From Deltaproteobacteria bacterium (GTDB lineage Bacteria; Myxococcota_A; UBA9160; SMWR01), in the NCBI GenBank assembly GCA_024640705.1, contig JAHEEJ010000002.1, forward strand, positions 1 through 37,710: a stretch of 37,710 bases of DNA. The letters are read 5' to 3'. Position numbers and translations under genes: made by a program. The notes under the pieces were generated by a model. The model did not search any database and was not told where the DNA came from. It saw nothing but the letters and a program-made list of their open reading frames with translations. Shown one piece after another: positions 28,163 to 35,390 of this stretch (position 1 is its first letter; each line of letters starts with the position of its first letter).

Positions 28163-28178
28163 AGCAAAGCCTGTGCCA
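28163..28178 (-). promoter_or_regulatory. Sigma-54 (RpoN) -24/-12 promoter upstream of flp
   Basis: The minus strand reads T-TGGCAC-AGGCT-TTGCT. This is an exact match to TGGCAC-N5-TTGCW, about 115 nt upstream of the flp ATG (28047). Confidence 0.6.
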
Positions 28179-28323
28179 ATGGCTGGAATCAATCGAAAGG
28201 GGCGGCCAAAACGCACACGGATTCGCGTAGATGCGGGATGTCGCGCGCAATGGTGATCGCCGGAAAGCGATTCGGGAACAGCATGCCGGGGCGGAGAAGA
28301 CGCCTCCGATTCCCGCTCGGTAC

Positions 28324-28348
28324 ACAGGTCTGAATTTTATTGCGGCCC
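28324..28348 (-). promoter_or_regulatory. Conserved upstream box (copy A), candidate enhancer/UAS for the flp sigma-54 promoter
   Basis: The plus strand reads ACAGGTCTGAATTTTATTGCGGCCC, which is 21/25 identical to 22685-22709. It lies at the same 146-bp offset from the -24 element. The shared second element CGGATGTGCGG is at 28366-28376. Confidence 0.45.
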
Positions 28349-28501
28349 TGGGGGAGTGCAGATCACGGATGTGCGGCGGTACACGCAACAGCTGGCCGCA
28401 CAACCGGAAAACGGCAGATCTGGAAGGATTCGATTACAGCGCGCGGCTTGATGCTACGACGAGCACCCGATTGATCCACCCAAGGCGCCATGATTGGCGC
28501 G

Positions 28502-28933
28502 CTAGGACTCGTCCGCCTCTTCCAGTTCGAGGGCAACTGAATTCATGCAGTAGCGCAGACCCGTGGTGGGCGGCCCGTCCGGGAAGACGTGACCGAGGTG
28601 CGCATCGCAGCTGGCACAGATCACTTCGGTCCGAACGATTCCCCTGCTGCGATCATCCCGCGTGGACACACTCGCATCTCCGATCGGCTGCGTGAAGCTC
28701 GGCCAGCCGGTGCCGGAATCATATTTTGCCTCTGAATCGAACAACGCATTGCCGCAACACGCGCAGCGGTAGATGCCATCGCGTTTGCAATCGTTGTACT
28801 CTCCCGTAAACGGCCGCTCCGTCCCCTGCTGCCGACACACCTCGAATTGCTCCGGAGTGAGTTCTCCCCTCCATTCGGCGTCGCTCTTGCGGACTCGTTT
28901 TCCGCCCGCTCGCTTGCCTTCTACATCGCCCAT
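28502..28933 (-). CDS. msrB: Peptide-methionine (R)-S-oxide reductase
   Basis: TERPFTGEY, two CxxC Zn motifs (CACCGNALF and [12 protein letters not shown]), GWPSF and the catalytic RYCMNS. ~143 aa. Confidence 0.92.
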   Translation of the reverse strand: MGDVEGKRAGGKRVRKSDAEWRGELTPEQFEVCRQQGTERPFTGEYNDCKRDGIYRCACCGNALFDSEAKYDSGTGWPSFTQPIGDASVSTRDDRSRGIVRTEVICASCDAHLGHVFPDGPPTTGLRYCMNSVALELEEADES

Positions 28934-29309
28934 CGCCCTGAACTCCTGTCTTTGCCCAGCGGTGCCAGCCCTCTACGGCCGTCCCGCTTCAGTGTCCGCT
29001 CTCAGCGAGCTGGAGCCAATCCTAACACCCCAGCGTCCCCCACGGGGCCATGGCAACTGAAGCCCTGCGAGCGACCCGGCCGAGCGGATCCGATACCCTT
29101 TCGAGAGCGTGAATACCTCGTGGCCGCACCGCGTCTACTCTGGTGTGAACGCAGACCAATCCCAGGCGGAACCACACGGTCGGTGGTCCCGCAACTCGAG
29201 AGGCGACCCCATGTCATCAGGGAGGACCCAGCAAGTGGGCCCTCTCGAAATAGGCCTTGAATTTTGGAAGCTCCAGGGCCGGGGCGTTCTCGCGAAGGAG
29301 GGAAGGACG

Positions 29310-30656
29310 ATGCGCACTGTTTTGCGCTTGACGCTGATGCTTGCAATCGCGGGCGCCGCGGGCACCGCCCAGGCACTGGAAAGCGAAGACTGGGACGCGC
29401 TCGAAGACACCGCACAGTATTCCCTCGAATACGCCCGCACGGAAGAATCGACCCCCTGGGTGAATCCAGACACCGGAACCGAAGGCGCGTTCACACCCGT
29501 CACGACCTACGAAGGTCCCGAAGGCCAGGTCTGCCGCGAATACGCGGTCGAAGCGATCATCGACGGTCGCGAAGAAATCGTCTACGGGACCGCCTGTCGT
29601 CGTCCGGACGGCAGCTGGGTCGAGGCGAACGCGGAATACAGCGAAACGGATCCACCCGCACCCGCCGCCGAGGTGTACTCGGGTACGGACTGGTCGTGGA
29701 TCATCCGGAGCATCGCAATCTCTGGTGGGTATTGTTCGAGCAGCTTTTGTGTAGGGGGCCGATTCGGCTCCTACTATCCGAGCTGGTTCTACCCCTGGGA
29801 CATCAGCTTCAACTACTGGGATTACGGTCGATGGGGTTACTACTACCCGTATTACGGTTACTACTACCCGTATTACGGCTACTACTACGGTCACCACCAC
29901 CGCTATCCGTATCGCAACCGGTACGTCAGTCACCATCGAAACCAGCACCGGGACCACTACCGGAGCGACCACACGACGACCCATCGGGATGGACACCCCG
30001 ATCGATACCAGAACCGGGACAGGAACGACCGTCGCTCGGGAGACTCGAAGCGATCGCACACGCGTAGTCGCCGATTTGAGCGCGACCGGTCTACGAATAC
30101 GCAACCGAGAAGCCGCCAATCGAAAGACGAACGCCATGCGAGCGAACGAACGGAAGACCGCCGCTCGGGAAATGAGCGCAACGTGCGCATTCGATCGGAT
30201 GAGCGACGCTCGAAAGACAAACGCAATGCGAGCAGCCGTACGCTAAGCCGACGCGAGAGAGACAAGCGCGACGCGAGCAACGGGTCGGTAGGCCGACACT
30301 TGGGAGAGCAACGCAAAGCGAGCAACCGGTCGGAAAGTCGACGTTCGAGAGAAAGACCCAAAGCGAGCAACCGGTCGGAAAGTCGACGCCCCGAAGGAAG
30401 ACAATACGCGAGTAACCGGCCTGCGAATCGACGCTCGGAAGGCAAGCAGAGTGCGAGCAATCGATCGGAAAGTCGACGCCCGGAACGCAATCCAGGCGCG
30501 AGCAACCGATCGCAGAATCGACGCTCGGAAGGCAAACAAAGCGCGAGCAACCGACCGGGACGCGATCGTTCGGGCGAGCGCCAGGCTTCGCGGGCTCCCT
30601 CGAGAGATGAGCGATCGCGCGGCAAGCACAGCGAGCGAACTTCAAGCAGAAATTGA
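29310..30656 (+). CDS. Secreted chimeric low-complexity protein: small Cys-containing 'surface-antigen-like' domain, Tyr/Gly/Pro tract and a basic 15-aa repeat tail
   Basis: ATG at 29310 preceded by GAAGGAGGGAAGGA. Signal peptide MRTVLRLTLMLAIAGAAGTAQA|LE. WVNPDTGTEGAF...GQVCREY...YGTACRRPDGSWV resembles COG4520-type surface-antigen domains as I recall them. Next comes YYPSWFYPWDISFNYWDYGRWGYYYPYYGYYYPYYGYYYGHHHRYPYRNRY. The last ~190 aa are Arg/Ser/Asn/Glu-rich with 15-aa periodicity. Confidence 0.7.
   Translation: MRTVLRLTLMLAIAGAAGTAQALESEDWDALEDTAQYSLEYARTEESTPWVNPDTGTEGAFTPVTTYEGPEGQVCREYAVEAIIDGREEIVYGTACRRPDGSWVEANAEYSETDPPAPAAEVYSGTDWSWIIRSIAISGGYCSSSFCVGGRFGSYYPSWFYPWDISFNYWDYGRWGYYYPYYGYYYPYYGYYYGHHHRYPYRNRYVSHHRNQHRDHYRSDHTTTHRDGHPDRYQNRDRNDRRSGDSKRSHTRSRRFERDRSTNTQPRSRQSKDERHASERTEDRRSGNERNVRIRSDERRSKDKRNASSRTLSRRERDKRDASNGSVGRHLGEQRKASNRSESRRSRERPKASNRSESRRPEGRQYASNRPANRRSEGKQSASNRSESRRPERNPGASNRSQNRRSEGKQSASNRPGRDRSGERQASRAPSRDERSRGKHSERTSSRN
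29835..29897 (+). repeat. 3 x 21-bp in-frame tandem repeat encoding GYYYPYY / GYYYPYY / GYYYGHH
   Basis: ggttactactacccgtattac occurs twice exactly (29835-29855 and 29856-29876), followed by a diverged third unit. Confidence 0.8.
30138..30632 (+). repeat. 11 x 45-bp in-frame tandem repeat (15-aa units, consensus about ASNRSESRRxExxxx)
   Basis: Units start with gcgagcaac... at 45-nt intervals. Units 5 and 6 share their first 26 nt exactly (gcgagcaaccggtcggaaagtcgacg). The outer units are more diverged. I counted unit boundaries directly from the sequence. Confidence 0.85.
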
Positions 30657-30878
30657 GCAAGCGACCTCACCTGGCTGATCGGGCTGGGCGACTCCGATGC
30701 GCGGGTCGTCGCCCATCGACCCGCGCCACTCGCCCATCGCCCGGCGAGGCCTGACCGCGGTGCGCTCGATGCCACCGCACCGGATCTCCGATCGAGAACT
30801 CCTCTCCATTCGACCGGAGGCTACAGTTGAGCGGCCGACGTGCGGATCGAACGGCAGCCGCACGGGCATGGAGGGACG

Positions 30879-33092
30879 ATGGCCGGCGCGGGTGAGGAGC
30901 GCTCCAGAGGGCGGATGCTCCGCTCCATCGCAGCCCTCGTCGTCATCCTGCTCGCGGGACTCGTGGGAACCGCGATCGTGTACCGCCAATCGATCGCGGA
31001 AACCCTCTTGCTGCGCCAACTCCACCGCCTCGGCCTCGACGAGGCGGTGTTTGCGGTCAGCCGTTTCGATGCCGGGCTGCTCGAACTCGAGAATCTGAGC
31101 ACTGGGAGTGGCGACGGACTCGAGATCGCGCGGATCGAGGCGCACTTTTCCGCGCAGGGGCTCTTCGCGAGCCGCCTGGACGCGTTGCAAATCTCCGGCG
31201 TGCGACTGCGCGGGACACTCGACCGATCTGGTTTCTCCTTCGGCCCCCTCGATCGGATCTTCGAGCCGAAGACAGCGAGCGCGAACCCGAGCCGCCCCGC
31301 GGCGCTCCCCGTAGCGGGGATCGAGATCGATGACGCCCAGCTGGAACTCGCCACCACAGAGGGTCCGCTTCGCGCCAGCTTCGAACTGCAGGCAGTCGAA
31401 ACCGCTCCGGAGCAACTAGAGGCCAAAGCGCGGCTACAGCTCCACCACGCGTTGGCGAACCTCGACGCTCGCTTGAGCGCGATGGGCAGCCCGAGTGCAC
31501 TGACGGGCGATCTCGAGATCGGAGCCAGCGCAGCGGGAAAGTTCGCGGCCGACACCTCGGCCCGTGCGGTGTCATTGGCAGCCAAGGCCGCGTTCGCCTT
31601 CGAAGACGGAGACATCGCGATCCAGCCGCTGGACTGTGTGGAGATCCGGATCGAAGGCCTTGCGCTGCAATCGATCCTGACGCTCTCGAAACCGCTCGAC
31701 CTCTGCCTGCGATCGCGATCGGAATCCGGCATTCGGATCGCGCGAGAAGGCAGTATCGAAACAGACCTGGAAGTGGCTCCGGCAGCGTTCGCGGCCGAAT
31801 TCCAAATTGGCGCTGAGCCCCAGCGCGTGTCGGGTGAACTTCCGATGCTTCGAATGCGCAGCAGCCGGCGAGGCGGCGAGTTCGAAGCGTTTCTCGAAAC
31901 CGAAGCCGGCCGACTCGAATTCGCCAAGCAGTCCGTAGTGATTCGCGACATCCGGCTCGAGGCGAGCGCATCTCGGGATGCGGCCCTGCCAAGAGGCCAG
32001 CTCCGAATCGGCGAGATCTTCGACAGCCGGAAAGCCGCGCGATTCCCGAAGCTGGCCCTGAGCGCCCGATTTGCGCCACGCGACGACGAACTCGACTTCG
32101 AGATGGAACTTGCGAATCCCAGCCGCGCCCTCGTCATCGAAATCAACGGAATCCACCATTTCGCCCGCGCGGCGGGACGAGCCGATCTTCACCTGCATCC
32201 GATCGACTTCAAACCCGGCCAGTTACAGCCATCCACCCTCTTCCCGGTCCTTTCCCATCTGCTGACGGAGGCGTCTGGATCGATCGAAATGAAGGGCTCT
32301 GGCGAATGGGATGCCCGCGGGACGCGGGGAACCGCCGAAGTCGCCGTCACCGATGCCAGCGCCAAAAGCGAATTGGCAACGATCGAACACCTGAATGCGA
32401 TCGCCGAATTGAACGAGACCGGTGCAACCTTGCTGGATCAAACCATCTCGGTTGGCCGTTTGGATTTTGGATTGGAACTCACGGATGGCTTGATCCACTA
32501 CCGGCTGAAGCCCGGCGGGATCGTCGAGATCAAATCAGCCTCCTGGAAGTTTGCAGGTGGCGAACTCACGACCCGCGGCGAAATCGATCCGCGATCCGCG
32601 AACCAGACAACATCACTCCTCGTCAAGGGCGTCGAACTGACCCGACTATTCGAACTCGTGAATCTGAAGGGTCTCAGCGGCTCCGGGACGCTGGAAGGCG
32701 AGTTCCCGATTGCGCTCGTGGAAAAGGAGATCGAAATCCGAAATGCCGTGCTCCGCTCCAGCGGTGGGCCTGGCATCATCCAATATCGACCAAACCCGGG
32801 CACGTCGAACATCGCCAAAGCCGACACCCAATTTGCCACCGTCCTGAACGTGTTGGAGAACTTCCACTACGAGCGGATCGAGATCGAGATCAACGGCAGC
32901 GCAACCGGAACCGTAGTGATCAAGATCCACCTCGCCGGAGCCAACCCCGATTACCAGGATGGGCATCCGGTCGAATTCAATCTATCGCTGGATTCGCGGC
33001 TCTCGGATCTGCTGAAAACCGAAGCGCGCATCTACCAGATGCCCAGAAAACTCGAGGAGCGACTAAAAGCTTTTACCGAAAAAACACTGTGA
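30879..33092 (+). CDS. ydbH: YdbH-like AsmA-family intermembrane lipid-transport protein
   Basis: N-terminal TM helix LRSIAALVVILLAGLVGTAIVY. The body is long and predicted to be beta-rich. The C-terminal region ...FHYERIEIEINGSATGTVVIKIHLAGANP...GHPVEFNLSLD is typical of the DctA-YdbH family. It is followed by ynbE and ydbL, as in E. coli. The start is ambiguous (ATG 30879 or 30915). Confidence 0.8.
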   Translation: MAGAGEERSRGRMLRSIAALVVILLAGLVGTAIVYRQSIAETLLLRQLHRLGLDEAVFAVSRFDAGLLELENLSTGSGDGLEIARIEAHFSAQGLFASRLDALQISGVRLRGTLDRSGFSFGPLDRIFEPKTASANPSRPAALPVAGIEIDDAQLELATTEGPLRASFELQAVETAPEQLEAKARLQLHHALANLDARLSAMGSPSALTGDLEIGASAAGKFAADTSARAVSLAAKAAFAFEDGDIAIQPLDCVEIRIEGLALQSILTLSKPLDLCLRSRSESGIRIAREGSIETDLEVAPAAFAAEFQIGAEPQRVSGELPMLRMRSSRRGGEFEAFLETEAGRLEFAKQSVVIRDIRLEASASRDAALPRGQLRIGEIFDSRKAARFPKLALSARFAPRDDELDFEMELANPSRALVIEINGIHHFARAAGRADLHLHPIDFKPGQLQPSTLFPVLSHLLTEASGSIEMKGSGEWDARGTRGTAEVAVTDASAKSELATIEHLNAIAELNETGATLLDQTISVGRLDFGLELTDGLIHYRLKPGGIVEIKSASWKFAGGELTTRGEIDPRSANQTTSLLVKGVELTRLFELVNLKGLSGSGTLEGEFPIALVEKEIEIRNAVLRSSGGPGIIQYRPNPGTSNIAKADTQFATVLNVLENFHYERIEIEINGSATGTVVIKIHLAGANPDYQDGHPVEFNLSLDSRLSDLLKTEARIYQMPRKLEERLKAFTEKTL

Positions 33093-33124
33093 ATATCCGA
33101 TAGGCAGCGCACGTCCATCTCGTG

Positions 33125-33144
33125 GAGTCCGAAAACCCGGACTC
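33125..33144 (+). other. Hairpin in the ydbH-ynbE spacer (GAGTCCG-aaaacc-CGGACTC)
   Basis: Perfect 7-bp stem, 33 nt after the ydbH stop and 73 nt before the ynbE ATG. No U-tract. Confidence 0.25.
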
Positions 33145-33216
33145 GGGTTCGAAGCTGGACGCGTTCTGAAGAGCCCGTTAGGCTCGGAAACCAGCGGAAC
33201 TCTCGAGGAGGCGAAG

Positions 33217-33414
33217 ATGGCGGATCACGCGCGCTTCACACTGTTGACCGTTTTGTGGGTCGCGAGCCTCGCGGCTTGCACTCCGAAGGTTCAGGTCGAG
33301 GCCCCCAAAGAACCCATCACGATCAACCTCAACGTCAAGATCGAACACGAGATCAGGGTCAAGGTCGACCAGGACCTCGAGAATCTTTTCGACAAGAACG
33401 ATGACATCTTCTAG
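33217..33414 (+). CDS. ynbE: YnbE-family lipoprotein
   Basis: GGAGG SD. Lipobox SLAAC|TP. APKEPITINLNVKIEHEIRVK is near-identical to the conserved YnbE core. 65 aa. Confidence 0.8.
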   Translation: MADHARFTLLTVLWVASLAACTPKVQVEAPKEPITINLNVKIEHEIRVKVDQDLENLFDKNDDIF

Positions 33415-33436
33415 GCGAGAGACAGGGAGCGAAATC

Positions 33437-33796
33437 ATGGAAAGACCGTTCCGATTTTCGAAGCTGCTGCGATGGCACGCACTGTGGTTTTCGACTCTGA
33501 TCGTGCTGGCGGCGCAGGTCGCAAGCGCGGCGCCCCTCGACGATGCCAAATCCGCTGGGCAGATCGGTGAGGGCGTCGACGGGTACGTTCACCTCGTAGA
33601 CAAGAACGCACCCGAGACTGTCAAGCTTCTCGTCAAAGACGTGAACGCCAAACGCACGGAAAAATACGCGGGCATCGCGAAAACCAGAGGCGCTCCGTTA
33701 TCGGATGTAGCCGCACTCGCGGGGGCCAAACTCGTGGAGCGCGCTCCCGCAGGGCAGTACGTGCTGGACAGCAGCGGGAAGTGGCGGAAGAAGTAG
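33437..33796 (+). CDS. ydbL: YdbL (DUF1318) periplasmic protein
   Basis: ATG at 33437 with AGGGAG 6 nt upstream. It has a signal peptide. LDDAKSAGQIGEGVDGYV...VNAKRTEKYAGIAK...LAGAKLVERAPAGQYV...GKWRKK is colinear with E. coli YdbL. Confidence 0.8.
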   Translation: MERPFRFSKLLRWHALWFSTLIVLAAQVASAAPLDDAKSAGQIGEGVDGYVHLVDKNAPETVKLLVKDVNAKRTEKYAGIAKTRGAPLSDVAALAGAKLVERAPAGQYVLDSSGKWRKK

Positions 33797-33815
33797 TACT
33801 TCCCGCAACGCCGAT

Positions 33816-34226
33816 TCATGGCTCGGAAGCGGTCAGCGGCTCCACGATCAGGGTCAGGCCGCGCACCTCGACGACGCGGATCGCCGAACCCGCCGGAACC
33901 GGCCCGCTGCCCGAATCCAGCTCCGCTTTCCAGAGTTCCGCCCCGAGCCTCACATAACCCGCTGGAGCGAGTGGCTGGGTGACCACGCCAAGCGCGCCAC
34001 AAATTCCGTCGACCCCACTCCCGCTATCGGATTCGTAGGCAACCCGCAGAATCGGAAACAGGATGACGTCTTTGGCGAGCCAAAGTGCCACCAACCCATA
34101 GCCGGCGAGAACGGGAAGGCCCCACCAGCGCACCGCCGCCGCGACGCCGAGGCTCAGCAGGATCAGGTCGGGAATCTGGAACAGCGTGTAGCGGAGCAGC
34201 GTCCGCCCTTTGAATCCCGCGCTCAT
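33816..34226 (-). CDS. NfeD-like membrane protein (2 TM helices plus a C-terminal OB-fold)
   Basis: The internal ATG at 34226 overlaps the upstream stop by 4 nt (ATGA). There are two hydrophobic helices. The C-terminus GALGVVTQPLAPAGYVRLGAELWKAEL...GSAIRVVEVRGLTLIVEP matches the NfeD C-terminal pattern. Confidence 0.65.
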   Translation of the reverse strand: MSAGFKGRTLLRYTLFQIPDLILLSLGVAAAVRWWGLPVLAGYGLVALWLAKDVILFPILRVAYESDSGSGVDGICGALGVVTQPLAPAGYVRLGAELWKAELDSGSGPVPAGSAIRVVEVRGLTLIVEPLTASEP

Positions 34227-35368
34227 GCGATGACTTTCGCCCCGCGCAAGCGGGCGATCTCGGCAGCCGGAATCCCCCAATCCGCGAGAGCCTCGTCGGT
34301 ATGTTGACCGGCGTGCGGAGGAGGACCGGAAATCTGGCACGGGGTACGGCTGAAACGCGGTGCCGGGCCCGGCTGCAGCGCACCGGCGACCTCTACGAAG
34401 GTCCCGCGTTCTCGCAGGTGGGGGTGCTCGCTGGCTTCCTCCAACGAAAGAACGGGTGCAAAGCAGGCGTCCGTTCCCTCGAGGATCTCGCACCACGCGT
34501 CGCGGGTCCTGGTCTTGATCAACTCGCCAAAACGCTCTTTTTGCTCTTCCCAACGAGAGCGGTCCATCTGCTCGGGTAGATCTTCGGACGCCAATCCCAG
34601 CTTCTCGATCAGCTCCGCGTAGAATTTGGATTCGAGCGCACCGATCGAGATGTATTTCCCGTCGGAGGTCTCGTAGGTGTCGTAGAAGGGTGCGCCACCG
34701 TCGAGCAGATTGGTTCCCCGCTCGGGCCTCCACCAACCGGCTTGCTGCGCGGCGTGGAAGAAAGTCATCAGACTCGCCGCACCGTCGACCATCGCAGCAT
34801 CGACGACCTGCCCTGCCCCAGAGCGCGCGCGTTCGATCAGTGCGCAGGCAATCCCGTACGCGAGGAACATGCCGCCCCCGCCGAAGTCACCCACCAGATT
34901 CAACGGCGGCACTGGCTTCTCCCCTCGACGACCGATGGGTTCCAAAGCGCCGGCCAACGCGATGTAGTTGATGTCGTGGCCGGCGACCTGGGCGAGCGGC
35001 CCCTCCTGGCCCCAACCGGTCATGCGCCCAAAAATGACTCGGGGATTGCGGGCGAGACACGCCTCCGGCCCGGCTCCCAAACGCTCCATCACGCCGGGTC
35101 GGAATCCCTCGAGAATGACGTCTGTCGATTCGACCAGCTTCAGCAGAAGCTCGACGCCGTCTGGGCTCTTCAAATCGAGACCGACGCTGCGCCGGCCTCG
35201 CGCGAGAAAGTCGGGCGGCGGCGGAGTGCTGTGGTCGTCGCCTTCGACGCGCTCGGCGCGGTCGATTCGCAAGACCTCGGCGCCCATGTCGGAGAGCATC
35301 ATCGCCGCAAACGGCGCCGGGCCCAGGGCCGCGATTTCGAGAACTTTGATACCGGCGAGAGGTCCCAT
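34223..35368 (-). CDS. Family III CoA-transferase (CaiB/BaiF; alpha-methylacyl-CoA racemase-like)
   Basis: The ATG at 35368 gives MGPLAGIKVLEIAALGPAPFAAMMLSDMGAEVLRID. Also EGFRPGVMERLG and GHDINYIALAG, then a C-terminus typical of the family. The 48-aa upstream extension in the track ORF was rejected. Confidence 0.88.
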   Translation of the reverse strand: MGPLAGIKVLEIAALGPAPFAAMMLSDMGAEVLRIDRAERVEGDDHSTPPPPDFLARGRRSVGLDLKSPDGVELLLKLVESTDVILEGFRPGVMERLGAGPEACLARNPRVIFGRMTGWGQEGPLAQVAGHDINYIALAGALEPIGRRGEKPVPPLNLVGDFGGGGMFLAYGIACALIERARSGAGQVVDAAMVDGAASLMTFFHAAQQAGWWRPERGTNLLDGGAPFYDTYETSDGKYISIGALESKFYAELIEKLGLASEDLPEQMDRSRWEEQKERFGELIKTRTRDAWCEILEGTDACFAPVLSLEEASEHPHLRERGTFVEVAGALQPGPAPRFSRTPCQISGPPPHAGQHTDEALADWGIPAAEIARLRGAKVIA

Positions 35369-35390
35369 GTCATTGCTCACGCGATTCGAA

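Larger units (their letters stand above)
16938..28178 (-). other. Complete Tad/Flp (type IVc) pilus gene cluster, organised as two co-directional blocks
   Basis: Sum of the individual calls below. All genes are on the minus strand, with short spacers or overlaps. The one exception is a 430-bp gap at 22412-22841. Confidence 0.85.

Noticed and set aside
28185-28191. AATCAAT (and TATCAAT at 22609-22615) as possible IHF half-sites between the box and the sigma-54 promoters
   Set aside because: Only the ATCAA core matches WATCAANNNNTTR; the TTR part is absent in both. The two sites also lie at different offsets.
29258-29265. A third TGAATTTT octamer, upstream of the 29310 gene
   Set aside because: Only the 8-mer is shared; the flanks do not match the 25-nt box. 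It is on the opposite strand relative to its gene, and there is no sigma-54 element nearby.
29217-30775. Long minus-strand ORFs (29217..30137, 29957..30775, 30091..30660) across the repeat gene
   Set aside because: They stay open only because of the repetitive, stop-poor composition. The plus frame has a strong SD, a signal peptide and a folded N-domain, and it runs uninterrupted through the repeats. The antisense ORFs have no RBS.
30821-32146. 441-aa minus-strand ORF, plus 31057..32079 and 30642..31415
   Set aside because: They are antisense to ydbH. The translations are Ser/Arg/Ala-rich, with no start context.
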